From Octopus bimaculoides (taxonomy: Eukaryota): 64,000 nucleotides of DNA. A program made the translations under genes and the position numbers. Below, one piece after another: positions 50,501 to 63,519 of this stretch. The stretch spans positions 123,080,506 to 123,144,505 of the forward strand of contig NC_068985.1 of assembly GCF_001194135.2 (NCBI RefSeq), read 5' to 3'. The notes beneath the pieces were generated by a model that saw only the letters and a program-made list of their open reading frames with translations, was not told where the DNA came from and did not search any database. Position 1 is the stretch's first letter, and each line of letters opens with the position of its first letter.

Positions 50501-51085
50501 ACTATTTTCTTACTTTGCGCATATTCTCTTCTTTTCAAGTCGTTCGCAGATTATTACATTCGGAATGTTGGTAATTTCTGGACTTCTACGACCTTCGGTT
50601 TCATCATACTTTAGGGGGAACCAGTCCTTTACATATTCCTTTCGGGTTAATTCGGTCATTCTGGAAACTTGGTTCTCAGCTGTCGATACTGGTAATGTTC
50701 AGTTAATTCCATTATCGAGACTGACTTGCTAAATTAATTTCAATACAAGACAGGCTATCATATTCAAAACTACAAACTCTATAAACAAGAGTTTTACATA
50801 TTAAAAATGGTTTTATATATTTTACTTTGAAACGGAGGTCAATTCGAGACCATGCATGCCAGTCGAACTTCATATCCGTCAATTGTAAATAATGTAAATA
50901 ATGTACATTGTCTATGTTTTATAGTTTTTGCTGCGCGTTTTACAATACTATTTATGTTGGCTTAAGATTTCTGGAAATACTCGTTTCTCTAGATTCAGGT
51001 GCAAGCACTATTGCGAGACATTCCTCTAGTTGAGATCGACAATTCATAAATTAAGTTGCCTTAAATTGTTGTCAGTTTATCAATG

Positions 51086-51195
51086 CTGGCAGAGCTGTGT
51101 GGTTAAGAAGGTCGCTTTGTAACAAAAGTGTTCCGGATACGATTCCACTGCGTGGCACATTAAACAAAAGCTTCTAGCATGGTCTCGAGTTCCGG
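51086..51195 (+). mobile_element. Family A SINE head, degenerate
   Basis: GCTGTGTGGTTAAGAAG..GTTCCGGATACGATTCCACTGCGTGGCAC. Confidence 0.7.
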
Positions 51196-52182
51196 AACGA
51201 TTTAAGAATGAAAATTACAGGTCAGAAACTGTACATTGGCCAACTCACAAACACACTCATTCATATCCCCATTGAGTAACCAATGCACGTGTCTCTAATG
51301 CATTGCGGTATTTCTTTATGCGCCATTGTTGATTTTTGCATTTCATATCTTAACAAAACGGTGAAGATAAGTAGCAGACAGATTAACGGTGCTGATGATT
51401 AAACCAAAAATTAAAATGTCTCAACAAGGCCACACTCCGACGATTAAAATCAATAAAAGAACAAAAGATGTTTAATCCGGAATTTCAAAACATTATGTAT
51501 TTCAGGTAACTATCAATATGCTTTCCTCTCTCATATGTTGCGTTATTTCATCACCTGTGCTATATATATACACCTGGTATAAATCACACGGGTTTGTTCA
51601 GTTCTTCTGCTTCTGTCCAAACTTCTTTATCATTGCTGTAATATTCTGTAACTTAATGATTTTCTTCTTGTTAACTTACATTCGTTTTGTTGATTTTGTT
51701 TTCTGTTTACGGGAAATTTTATTTCCATTGAATTAATACTTTCCCAGACACCTGTATTCTATGGTATTTCCATTTTATCTCTAGCAAAAGAGTTCCTTTT
51801 GTTACTTTAATGTCATTCTCATTTCACTTTTTATGCATTTTGTATTATGTTGAGATTCTTAAGCTAACATTTAGTTTCTCCTTTTGTTTTGAATCTCAAA
51901 TGTTGAGCTTCTTTTCGCTGCTAAGCCGGTTTCGGGTGTTTGCGTTCTTTTCTTCTTCAAATATTTCAAAGTTATCTTCGTCTTTCAAATTATTTTCTTA
52001 TACAAGCCATATAAATTAGTCTACATATTCTGTATCCGATCAGTTACTCTTCCTATTACTTCTGAAGCACGTCTTGGTTTACATTCTATTTTTCATGTTG
52101 TATGATATGGTGTCTTGCCAGTTAGTGCTTCATAGTGAACTGTTGCTTAGAAACGATTATTATTATTATTATTATTATTATT

Positions 52183-52647
52183 GAGTGAGAGAGTAGTGCA
52201 TGGCATCAAAGTGACACTGGGGCAAAATATACGAAGCCCAGTGTGTCCATCATGACTACCCGTCTGATAAGGATACACCAAGCACATGCATCACAACCAT
52301 ATGTGCGCGACATGGAGATCTCATATCAAGATAAGCAGCGCATAGCCTTGCAGGTGGGGCCCAGCTAGAATTTTCTTCAGGTCGCTCAAAATGTCCCTGA
52401 ATAAGGTTTGTTTAAGGATGTTGAACAAAACACCCATATTTCCAAAGGTGAATGATCCAAGCCCCAAAGAATTTCTTTCAACACATGGATATGAAGCTCT
52501 CCCACTACTTCTGCTCGTGACCAGTGATGCACACATCGTCAACCACGAAGGGAAATGCTCAGTTGAGCAGGTCAAACAACTGACAAGCAAATCAGTGGGG
52601 GTATTGAGCAGAATATTTGCTGTACCCCTTCTTTTATACCAAGACAA
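52183..52647 (-). mobile_element. Non-coding (TAA)n-tailed repeat, copy 1
   Basis: Abuts (TTA)n at 52156-52182; homologous to 52665-53135 throughout. Confidence 0.8.
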
Positions 52648-52664
52648 TTATTATGATTATTATT

Positions 52665-53134
52665 GAGTGAGAGAGCAGTCCATGCCATTCAAAGTGACAC
52701 TGGGATATAACATCCGAAGCCCAGTATACCTAATAACTACCCGTCTGTTAAGGGTACACCAGGCACATGAATCACAGCCGTATGCGTGACATGGCGATCT
52801 CATATCAAGATAAATAGCTCATGACATTGAAGGTGGGGCCCAGTTAGAATTTTCATCAAGTCGAATAACCAATTCCGCTTGAATAAGGTTTGTTTAAGGA
52901 TGTTCAACGAAACACTAATGTTCCCAGAGGTGAATTATCCAAACTCAAAGAAATCCTTCAATACATGACTGTGATGCTCGTGATCAGAGATGCACATATT
53001 GTCAGTCATCTAGAGACATACTCAACTGGTTAAGGGGAAACAACTGACAAGCAGATCTGTGGTATTGAGTAGAATATTTGCTGAGGCCCATCTTTTATAC
53101 CAAGACAAAACACGTACATGATAACACTTCTATC

Positions 53135-53135
<1 letters not shown>
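52665..53135 (-). mobile_element. Non-coding (TAA)n-tailed repeat, copy 2 (tandem with copy 1)
   Basis: Same start GAGTGAGAGAG after a TTA-type spacer; followed by (TTA)n at 53135-53191. Confidence 0.8.
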
Positions 53136-53191
<56 letters not shown>

Positions 53192-53192
<1 letters not shown>

Positions 53193-53615
53193 GAAAAACT
53201 CTCGGATAGTTCTTAATTACTGGTTGTTCTTTACTTGAAAGCAGGCAATAACAAATCACCAAAGGTTTCAAGTAGTGCCTTCTCATGTGACTCAACGAGA
53301 CAATACTCTTCTTAGAATTTGAGCTTTGCCCAACAATGCTGTCTTCGGGACCACTTCGAGCCTGACAGCAGCTCCAGTATTCTTAATATGTTTTTCAAAG
53401 CTTGGAAACTGCTCCTAATGCTCCAATTACCACCGGTATCACCATTGCTTTCCTCATACCCCATAACTTTCTTATCTCGTCCCGCAGTGACTGGTATTTC
53501 TCCCAATATTTATGTTTCCTTACATTTCACCCTCAAATCGCCTGGTATTGCAATACTTATTATCTTTGCTTCTTTTCAATCTTTATGGATAATCACGATA
53601 TCTGGCCGTCTCACC
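53192..53615 (-). mobile_element. R4/Dong-like LINE 3' end (RLE domain), 5'-truncated, within triplet repeats
   Basis: Frameshifted RRPDIVIIHKD..KII..AIPGDLRVK / VIPVVIGALGAVSK; 3' UTR runs into (TAA)n. Confidence 0.85.
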
Positions 53616-53624
53616 CATTATCAT

Positions 53625-53725
<101 letters not shown>

Positions 53726-53759
53726 TCATTATCATCATCATTATATTATTATTATTATT

Positions 53760-54490
53760 TTATGTTTGACTTTTGTTTTGCATTTGTACAAGTTGGATCC
53801 AAGTCTCACCCAGAGACCTCAAGAGACAACAAGTTAGAAGTTCATGTAGGTGTTATGCCTAGGGTACCATATATTTGGATTTGTACAGTTTTGTTCTAGT
53901 GAATGTTTAAGAAACCATAAGAAAATTATGTGTTTNNNNNNNNNNNNNNNNNNNNNNNNNNNNNNNNNNNNNNNNNNNNNNNNNNNNNNNNNNNNNNNNN
54001 NNNNNNNNNNNNNNNNNNNNNNNNNNNNNNNNNNNNNNNNNNNNNNNNNNNNNNNNNNNNNNNNNNNNNNNNNNNNNNNNNNNNNNNNNNNNNNNNNNNN
54101 NNNNNNNNNNNNNNNNNNNNNNNNNNNNNNNNNNNNNNNNNNNNNNNNNNNNNNNNNNNNNNNNNNNNNNNNNNNNNNNNNNNNNNNNNNNNNNNNNNNN
54201 NNNNNNNNNNNNNNNNNNNNNNNNNNNNNNNNNNNNNNNNNNNNNNNNNNNNNNNNNNNNNNNNNNNNNNNNNNNNNNNNNNNNNNNNNNNNNNNNNNNN
54301 NNNNNNNNNNNNNATTTGTAAGTCCTGGTGTTTTTGTTATGTATTTGTCTGAATGTTTTTTTTTATTATACCTAAGGCACCTACTATGATAGGAATTGTT
54401 TCTGTTTTTAGATTCCACATTCGAGTTACCTCTATTTCCAGGTCTTTGTATTTTGAAAGTTTTTCCATTTCTTTTAGGGAAACGTTGTCA
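53760..54490 (-). mobile_element. Second R4/Dong-like LINE 3' end (gap at 53936-54313)
   Basis: DNVSLKEMEKLSKYKDLEIEVTRMWNLKTETIPIIVGALGIIKK at 54314-54490. The putative 3' UTR at 53760-53935 ends in AAATAATAAT. Joining the two parts across the gap is inferred. Confidence 0.8.
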
Positions 54491-54500
54491 TTATTATTAC

Positions 54501-54591
<91 letters not shown>

Positions 54592-54597
54592 ATTATT

Positions 54598-55088
54598 GCT
54601 ACCTTTTTAGGAATATGGATTTACTAGGAAGAGAGGATTCCCAGTCCCCCCATTCCTGCCCCATTTAGTCACCTCTTATGCCAAGCAGGGAATATGGCAA
54701 CTGCATTCTACCGAGCCCCCCCCCCTCCAGCGACTGAGGCGGGGCTGTTATTTGACCCATAGATGAGACCCTTTCAGATACTACAACTCAAGGCCAGAGC
54801 AGACTGAGGAACAATAGTGGCTAAGAGGTGGTTTCACACTCCTCAACCCTGAAACCAGCGGCCCCAGGGTCCCACTACCGGATGTAGTTTATAGTCATAC
54901 CCAGGACAGCATGATGAGGCGGGGGTAAACCAGCATATGCTGTCGGGCCCCGCTGCTGATATTGGGAGTTACGTTCTATGCCTTGACTCGAGCATAGAAC
55001 TTGGCTCGCCCCTTTGCACTGGGGAATGAATGGAATGCCTGGTGTGTGTCTTGTTGTGGCTACCCCCTCCTAAAAAGATGGGGAATAT
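54598..55088 (-). mobile_element. GC-richer unclassified retroposon-like insert between triplet-repeat arrays
   Basis: About 490 bp with higher GC, flanked by (TTA/TTG)n and (TTA)n; contains hairpin GTTCTATGC/GCATAGAAC and a terminal pseudoknot-like motif. Strand is inferred. Confidence 0.55.
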
Positions 55089-55094
55089 ATTATT

Positions 55095-55217
<123 letters not shown>

Positions 55218-55299
55218 TTGTTGTTGTTGTTGTTTCTTTTCTTTTTAAGGTATCACGAAGGCATAATCGTTAAATATTACTTTTACCGCTATTACTTCC

Positions 55300-55368
55300 G
55301 ATTTCTTACGTTCGAAGTTCAAATTCCGCTTAGTTGAACTTTGCTTTTCGGGGTCAGTAAAATAGGTA
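55300..55368 (+). mobile_element. Family B SINE fragment
   Basis: TTACGTTCGAAGTTCAAATTCCGC..GAACTTTGCTTTTCGGGGTC..AAATAGGTACC. Confidence 0.65.
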
Positions 55369-55689
55369 CCATTATTATTATTATTTGGAAACATTATTAT
55401 TATTGTTTGTGTTGGATCACTATTATCATCGCATGTGTTGGACGTGCGTCTAATCAGCTCCCGACGTTTTGTTAAATTTTATAAAAAAAACTTTTTTTAT
55501 GGCTGAAAAAATTTATGTTGAATCTGTAAATAATGACCCATACTTCACAAGATGAAAAGTTGTGTCTGAAAAATTGTATTCTTTATGACACAATTTTCGT
55601 AATATTTATTTGATTTCGCCCGACTTTTTCGTCTCTTCGGAATTACAGAGACGTCAATGCCCAGCAACATCTTAACCGAGGAGTTTACG

Positions 55690-57140
55690 TGATTGTTGGT
55701 GTACGTGTGAATCTAGTTGTGCTTGTGACAGTGATGATGGTACCTTTAATAAAAATAATGGTGATCATGAGAATGATGTTAGAGGTAGTATAGCTGCTTT
55801 TGGAGGTAGTATTGGTGCATCGTCGCTTAAAGTCATCGCCCACCACGACATTTTGTATCACCAAGTTCCTCGTCTTCACCTTCACCACACGACATGTCTG
55901 TATGGTGGGAATCGAGAATTTCGTATGTCGACGTTTGTGGTAGTGTTCTGTTGTTGATATAGTTGTTGTTTGTAATGTGGTGGTCCTTGATGGCGGTGTA
56001 TATTCTGGCGCTTTTGTTGCTGTACATAATGATTATAGACCTGTATCTGGCGCTGCATCAGTGTTGCTGCTGTTGCATTTATTGTTGCCACATGCTGCTG
56101 TTGGCGCTAGTTTTGCTTTTGCTGTTGGCTTTGTTACTGTTGCGGTGATGGTGTCAGCAGAATCGGTGGTCTTGTGTCTCTCTTTATAGTGGAAGTTGAG
56201 ATGGTTTGTGAGCAGTGAGATGGTTTGTGTCACCTCAGAAGTGACACCTCGGCCTTTTGTCCTCAAAGGTCAGGTATATTGTGTTATCTGGATTCCATAA
56301 TTTGATAATCCGTTTCCATTACTAGCACGTAGCCACCCAATTTTATTTCTGAAGCTTTTGAACATGCAAAATACTTGTTTTAACTTTTTGTTGAAGATGG
56401 CAGCTGTCACCATCTAGCTGATGTTTATTATTAGAAGCACATCGACTATCTATACTATTACTAAATTACGTGAGGACTAGTTCATCAGTTTACGAATATT
56501 GTGGAGAGCTTTCTGGCCTCAATCGCTGTGAAGAATCTCACCTCTACTGTGCTGCATTTTTTCCTTGTGGTGATGCACGCTTTGCTGTCTGTAATTCGTC
56601 TAATGTACTTTGCCAGTTGCTGTTGAGTTGCCTTCGCTATTTTCCTACTTTTTGTTACTAAGCGTTTCTAAACTGCAGTTTTGAGGTTGGTTTCTTGGAT
56701 GGATTCTCGTATGTTTAGAACAATATTCCATCTAGCAGAAAGTATATTTTTGGCATTTTGAAATTCTTCCGGTGTAAAAAGTAATTTCTTCTTATATCTG
56801 GCAGACGGCTTCGGAGATTCCACCAAAGCTAGATTTACAAGTTGCGTTGTTTTTATTTCTTCAGTTGGTGTAAATGGTGGAGATAGTGGCAGTTGTGAAA
56901 TGTGCAGGAGTTTTGAAAGTACATTCTATTTATTTTCTTCTTCTTTCTTAGATTTCATTTTTGTTGTTTTTATTTTCCATGTTGCTATTTTTTTGTTTTG
57001 TTTTCCTTGTTGTAGCTGTTGTTGTTTCAGTCGTTAAAATATTGTGGTGGTCTTGACAGTAGTGCTTTCTTCTCTTTTTAAAAGCAGGGAAGCAGCATCA
57101 AAACAGCTCTTCCAATCTCTGATCTGACTCCGAAAAATAC
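55690..57140 (-). mobile_element. Decayed gag-like ORF1 of a non-LTR retrotransposon with a broken CCHC knuckle
   Basis: Long minus-strand reading with stops (KLLFTPEEFQNAKNILSARWNIV..STVEVRF..ARKLST; PDNTIYLTFEDKRPRCHF*GDTNHL), i.e. CX2CX4H with Cys to stop, followed by a T/Q-rich tail. Family not identified. Confidence 0.5.
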
Positions 57141-57377
57141 GCCACCATGCTTTCATGTTATTTGTTTTTAATGGGTATTACAAAATACTACTCAAATTTA
57201 GCCCCGGAGTAAAAATTTCACAAAACTAACTTGCCTCATATGAGAAAATCGTAGAACGAAAACCAAAATAACTTTTTTCAAACAAGCAAATTCAAAAGCA
57301 TTTTATGAGCTCCAAAACATCGTCTTTGATTTGTATGCACAATAGCAACAATAACCACAATAATAATAATAATGGTT

Positions 57378-57590
57378 TCAAATTTTGGCACAAGGCCAGC
57401 AATTTAGGGCAGAAGATAATTCGATTACATCAACCGCAGTAATCAACTGGTATTTATTTTGTCGAACTCGAAAGATGAAAGGCGAAGTCGACCAAGGTGG
57501 TGTTTGGACTGAAAACGTAAAGAGAGACGAAATGCTGCTAAGCATTTTGCCTGGTGTGCTACCGACTCTGCCAGCTCACGGCCTCGGCAA
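57378..57590 (-). mobile_element. Family B SINE, full length
   Basis: GTTTCAAATTTTGGCACAAGGCCAGCAATTT..CTGGTATTTATTT..GATGAAAGGCGAAGTCGACC..CTGCCAGCTCAC.GCC. Confidence 0.85.
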
Positions 57591-58414
57591 TATTAATAAT
57601 AATCATAATAATTAGAAGAAGTAGAAGAAGAAGGAGGAGGAGGAGGAGGAGGAGGAGGAGGAGGAAGAAGAAGAAGAAGAAGAAGAAGAAGAAGAAGAAG
57701 GGGAGGGGGAACTTTAAATACAAAGAATAACACATTTCATCGGTGTTATTGTTGAAGCTCAATAACAGCGACAATGATAACACCAACAACTAAAATGATC
57801 GATTCAATAATATGCAATCAAAACGTGATAAATGTAAATATTTTTTGGAGAACAACAATGACAATTCTCCAAATATCAATAATAAAGTAAAATGCAGTGA
57901 AAGATAAATTAAAGAATATAACCGGTTTAAAAACTGAAAAATCTCTGTAACGCAGCTTTGTTTCATGAAGTCGCTTAATTCCTGAACCGAACCGAAATAG
58001 AATCCATGTTTTTGCAAGACTCACTCATACGTCATGTAATACGTTAATTCTTTTATTTCTTATTATTCATGGAGATAGATTTAGCTTTGTTTCACGTGTT
58101 TTTTATTCTTTTTATTTACGATCTTGTTTGCACTCTCTCTTTTACTTCTTGTGTTTCAAATCTTCGAATTCTCTTATTTAAAACAGATTGGTGGGTATCT
58201 ACATATACATGCAAGCACTTAAATAAGCTGCGCGCGCACACACTCACGTATAACGTACACATATATACATATATACACACATAGATACATACATAGTCAG
58301 ACATATATATATATATATATATGTATATAAATCTATATATATTTATATATATATATGTATATACATATGTATACATATATGTATATATATTGTACATATA
58401 TATATATGTGTATA

Positions 58415-58459
<45 letters not shown>

Positions 58460-58514
58460 NNNNNNNNNNCACACATATATGTACATACTTACATCTACAT
58501 GTGTATATATATGC

Positions 58515-58617
58515 ATATCAGGGTACAGGACGTTAAAACAATGAACTACAGACAACATAGGAAAACGGAAAGCCACTTGGAATATTCCTTCATCAGCTGC
58601 CTCTATTCTAACCTGAC
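58515..58617 (-). mobile_element. PLE-type 3' terminus with the 5' half of a hammerhead
   Basis: Minus strand CUGAUGA AGGAAUAUUCC without a following GAAA; ends next to a (TA)n-rich tract. Confidence 0.45.
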
Positions 58618-58989
58618 AATCGTGGTCTGATCAATAAGTATCTGGTCTGTTGCCATACTAATGAAGCTAAAGCATAAATGTATATTTATGGCTAAATATA
58701 TGTAAGCATACATGACCTTCTGTTGATATATTTACATGCTTATCAAAAATCCTTTCCTACACGTGGCGATTTTCGACACGTTTGTAATAATAACAGTGAT
58801 GATATTTAATTTGGTTGGACGATTTAGCGTCACCTCTCAGCATATAGGCAAGAATATTTTTGTATGTCCTTAATTATAATTGTATTTATGATTTCCCATT
58901 AACAGGTATATATATTTATATGCTGGCTTTGCTAAAATTTTTATCAATATTATCCTTTTATATTATAATTAAATTAATTCCCATTCACT

Positions 58990-59260
58990 TCGGGACTGTC
59001 TAGTCACTTATGGGCCGGGCTATTTTTGACCGGCAACACACGTGTTGAGGCTCGCTATGGAATTCGATATGGATATATTTGGAATACTTATATTTAATTA
59101 TGACATTGCGTCTGCTTTCCTGTGGGTATGAATACGTATTTCAATTATTTCGTCAGTATTCGCTATCGACGAACAAGAGCCATTAGGTTAATCCAGAATT
59201 CGGTCGATCCAGAGATAAGTCTATTTTTATGAATTTCCGTTTGCTTGCTCCTTCGATTTT
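58990..59260 (+). mobile_element. Possible Jockey/CR1-like RT C-terminal remnant
   Basis: RRTRAIRLIQNS resembles the 'DRVQRRAIRLI' RT C-terminal motif; heavily decayed. Confidence 0.35.
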
Positions 59261-59986
59261 CGACGCCTGTGTAATAATAATAGTGATGTTATTTAATGTG
59301 GTTGGACGATTTACCGTCTCCTTTTCAGTAGATAGGCAAGAATTTTTTCTGTGCCCTTAATTATAAATATATAAATATAAATATAAATATAAATAAATAA
59401 ATAAATAAATGAATATATATATATATATATANNNNNNNNNNNNNNNNNNNNNNNNNNNNNNNNNNNNNNNNNNNNNNNNNNNNNNNNNNNNNNNNNNNNN
59501 NNNNNNNNNNNNNNNNNNNNNNNNNNNNNNNNNNNNNNNNNNNNNNNNNNNNNNNNNNNNNNNNNNNNNNNNNNNNNNNNNNNNNNNNNNNNNNNNNNNN
59601 NNNNNNNNNNNNNNNNNNNNNNNNNNNNNNNNNNNNNNNNNNNNNNNNNNNNNNNNNNNNNNNNNNNNNNNNNNNNNNNNNNNNNNNNNNNNNNNNNNNN
59701 NNNNNNNNNNNNNNNNNNNNNNNNNNNNNNNNNNNNNNNNNNNNNNNNNNNNNNNNNNNNNNNNNNNNNNNNNNNNNNNNNNNNNNNNNNNNNNNNNNNN
59801 NNNNNNNNNNNNNNNNNNNNNNNNNNNNNNNNNNNNNNNNNNNNNNNNNNNNNNNNNNNNNNNNNNNNNNNNNNNNNNNNNNNNNNNNNNNNNNNNNNNN
59901 NNNNNNNNNNNNNNNNNNNNNNNNNNNNNNNNNNNNNNNNNNNNNNNNNNNNNNNNNNNNNNNNNNNNNNNNNNNNNNNNNNNNNN

Positions 59987-60033
<47 letters not shown>

Positions 60034-60491
60034 ATGTATATATATATATAATATGATATACGGTCAGTAGCAATAAGATAGCATATGCATTCACTTTGGG
60101 AGTCACTTCTAGGAAAGCACTTGTTCAATTCTCTTCTTATGAAACTGTTGTTCCAAATAAGCTGGAAGTCCACATATTATATTTTCGCTGCGCATAAAAA
60201 TGAAAGATTGGAGATTGTGATATTATTTTAATTTCATATTTGACAATTGTTTCCATTTTTCCATGACGACTAATCGTCTGTCATGTTTATAAACATATTC
60301 GTTATTAACGTTCTATTGATATGTACTATGTAATGTATCTACGCCTGAATCCATAGGATTTTTCAGCACGCGGAAACCATCGGTTATTTCACTTAATTAC
60401 CGGATACTCAGCGACGGTTATAATGAACTGTATTATGATTTATTATTTCATTAAGAAAATGCTCAGAAGAAAAAGAATAATTACGAATAAT

Positions 60492-60710
60492 GTTGGTTTC
60501 AAATTTTGGCACACTGCCAGCAATCTCGAGGGAAGGCCTAAGTTGATTACATCAACCCCCAGTGCTCAAATGGTACTTATTTTATCGATCTCGAATGATG
60601 AAAGGCAAAGTCGACATCGGCGGATTTGAACTCAGAACGAAAAACGGACGGAATACCGCCAAGCCTTTAGTCCGGCTTGCTAACGATTATGTCAGTTTGC
60701 TGCCTTTACA
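60492..60710 (-). mobile_element. Family B SINE, full length
   Basis: TTGGTTTCAAATTTTGGCACA..CCCCAGTGCTCAAATGGTACTTATTTTATCGA..GATGAAAGGCAAAGTCGAC.TCGGCGGATTTGAACTCAGAACG. Confidence 0.85.
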
Positions 60711-61344
60711 TATATAAATATACATATATATGTTTTTGTGTTCACTGAGGATAAAAAGGAGAAAGACTAGACAGTAGGGACAGGCGTTAACGAAATGGAA
60801 AGGGGGAAAAAATATGTGAGTTCGGGGAGAACAGAAGTAAGTGAAAAATAAAAGAAAACTTGGAGAAAATTAAATGCAATAAAAGAGATGTACAGAAAAT
60901 TGTTCTATCAGAGAAGAAAATCAGTTAGGTGCGGCATTTAGTAAAGTAGGACAAATGTGATAGAGGTATGTGCATGTAACGGTGAGCAAAGCGGTTTTTT
61001 TTTTCACGGAAGAAAGAAAAAGAAAAAAAGGGAAAATTAAGAAGTTAACAAAAGAGTCAGGAAAGAGAGAAAAGATACGAGATGTGGGAGAACGATAAAC
61101 CTGAAAAAATAAGAGAAAGATTGGAGAAAAATCAATTACAATACAACACTGATAAAAGAATTAAAAATGCTGTGGGAGACTAAAAGTTATTTAAAAAGTC
61201 ACTGAACATTATATATATATCGATATATATATATATATATATATATACACGCATACATACATACATATGGGTGTGGCTGGGTGTGTATGCTACACATGCA
61301 CGCACATGTTTACACTCATGTATATAAACATACATGCATATATG

Positions 61345-61411
<67 letters not shown>

Positions 61412-63519
61412 AGACATACACGTATATATTAATGTCAAATGTTGAATGCTTGTATCTTCGAACGGCTACAAATGACTCACTACATAATTTGGCGTACATT
61501 TTTATCACAAACTGAAAATTCTCTTATCTTTTTTCTCAATCTCTGAATTTCACATTTCTGACTAAGTTACCCAAACGTTCTAAATTGCTTATGAACGCAA
61601 GACGAAATCAACTTTGAGAGACGATTAAAGAGAGAAAGATTGGAAAATATTATTTCATAGAAGTATAAAGCGTACAAGACACACTGGAATGGTTTGTAAG
61701 ATCTGGAATAGTAGTAATTTGTATTTGATGTCTTAGTTCCAGTTATTAGATTTTAAAGTTTGCAAATAAATGTGAACAATTCGTATGCCAGATTCGAAGA
61801 TGGCGAACTGATGGCGAATGTAACGGGATTTAAATGAATTCGAAGTTAACTCGATTTATAACTCAGAAACTGTGTTCATTTTTCTTTTCTACTCTAGACT
61901 AGAAAATAGGCCCTTTAGATTTATATTTACGGTTAAATGAAGATTGGTTTGGTTGAATAGAGTTTCAAGTTTCCTAATATTGGGTATTGGATTGAAAGAG
62001 AATCATATTAAGAAAGAATTGTGCAAATACAAGCAAAAGAGGCATTCGAAGACTTTTCGTTTGTAGCGTTCATAGTGCTCGTGGTTGGATTAATTTGTTT
62101 CTCCTTTTCATCTGTTTCTGTGAGGTTGAGAAGTTCTTTTTATACATTCTCTCGAAGAATCCCTGAACAGAGACCTCAAACATATTCTTCTGTATGGAAT
62201 GTTAATACTGTATTATTCAAAGAACAAAGACACACTCATTTTTTTTTCACACTTCCTAAAGAAGCTTTCTTGATGATTTCATGTCCATAATGTTTGAAAA
62301 ATTATATCCGAAAGTCGAGCCTTTTTTTTCATGACTAAAAAAGGCTTCCGCCCTGGACAGTTGCCAATATTATACAAAGCTCAATTATTTGATTAACAAT
62401 AGAATACTGTTTCTACATCCGAAACGATGCGGCTAGCCATTCAAATTATTGGAAAAGACTTACCAATACGCTTAAAATTTTGTTGAAAAATGCACCAGTT
62501 TCTCACTCCGTTTAATGCAGATTTCATCCAGGTCCTTGTGCGATTTGATCTTAGAAAATAATTTGTCATGTGCACAAGGCTGAAATGCAGTAGACTGAAT
62601 CACCTGTGTACACATTTAGTATTTATTTACTCTGAAGGAACAAAAGACGCGCTCAGAACTTTGGACTCAGAAAACAAGACGAAACTAATTTCTAAAATGC
62701 ATTTTTTCCAATGCACTAATGTCCCAGCAAATTCCGATACCTTTGAAATAAGCAGATTTAGTTAATTAAATATACCTGTATTAAATATTTAGACTAGCAT
62801 CCACCATTGTATAAATAGCGTGAAGAATGTATCTGAAGAAACACACTTTGACTAACTGAAGGTGATAAACGTCCGCCCTCTTAGATCCTTCTTCAAATAC
62901 ATCACTATTTTTGTTTTGCTGGTGTAGCTAAATATCATTTCACGTCATAGCTTTTCTGATTGACTATCGTCAATTTTATTCAGCTTCTTCGTGTCCAGTT
63001 ATCTTTCGTTCAACGATCTTTCTTCATATTTTCACGTTTTATATTTAGATTGTCATGTTAACACATTCTTGTAACTTATATCTGTTTTACTATTGTATTG
63101 CATTTTCGTTATGTTTCAAATCTTTTACTATGTCAGCGAAATATCTTCCAGAAATTCTATTATTCTCGTGAAGTGTTTGTAAGGCTTTTAGATTTATAAT
63201 CCTTGTCACGATTGCCTCTTTTGTGACACACCCGTAAGTTTATTGTCAACCAACTCCTTCGTCAGTTTGCTACTTCCAATTGGAGTGGCTTTACTTATTT
63301 AACTTATTTTCTTCATAAATAAATGAATGTAAGATAAATTAACCTGCTTTCTTAAAAGTCCTTGACTCCATAACCATCTCTTTCTTGATTAAAAATTATG
63401 ATTCATTAGTATCAAGCAAGTGTTTGTCCCAGCAGCATCAACCCGATCAAGCAAACCTGTGATGAAAAGCATTACACTAATAATTACCCAGTCTTTTTCT
63501 TTACGGTGGGATAGGAATA

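Noticed and set aside
60982-60991. GTGAGCAAAG, resembling the start of miR-87
   Set aside because: The match stops after 10 nt and there is no hairpin context.
61900-62560. Possible decayed transposase or Helitron coding remnant
   Set aside because: No diagnostic motif could be read in any frame.
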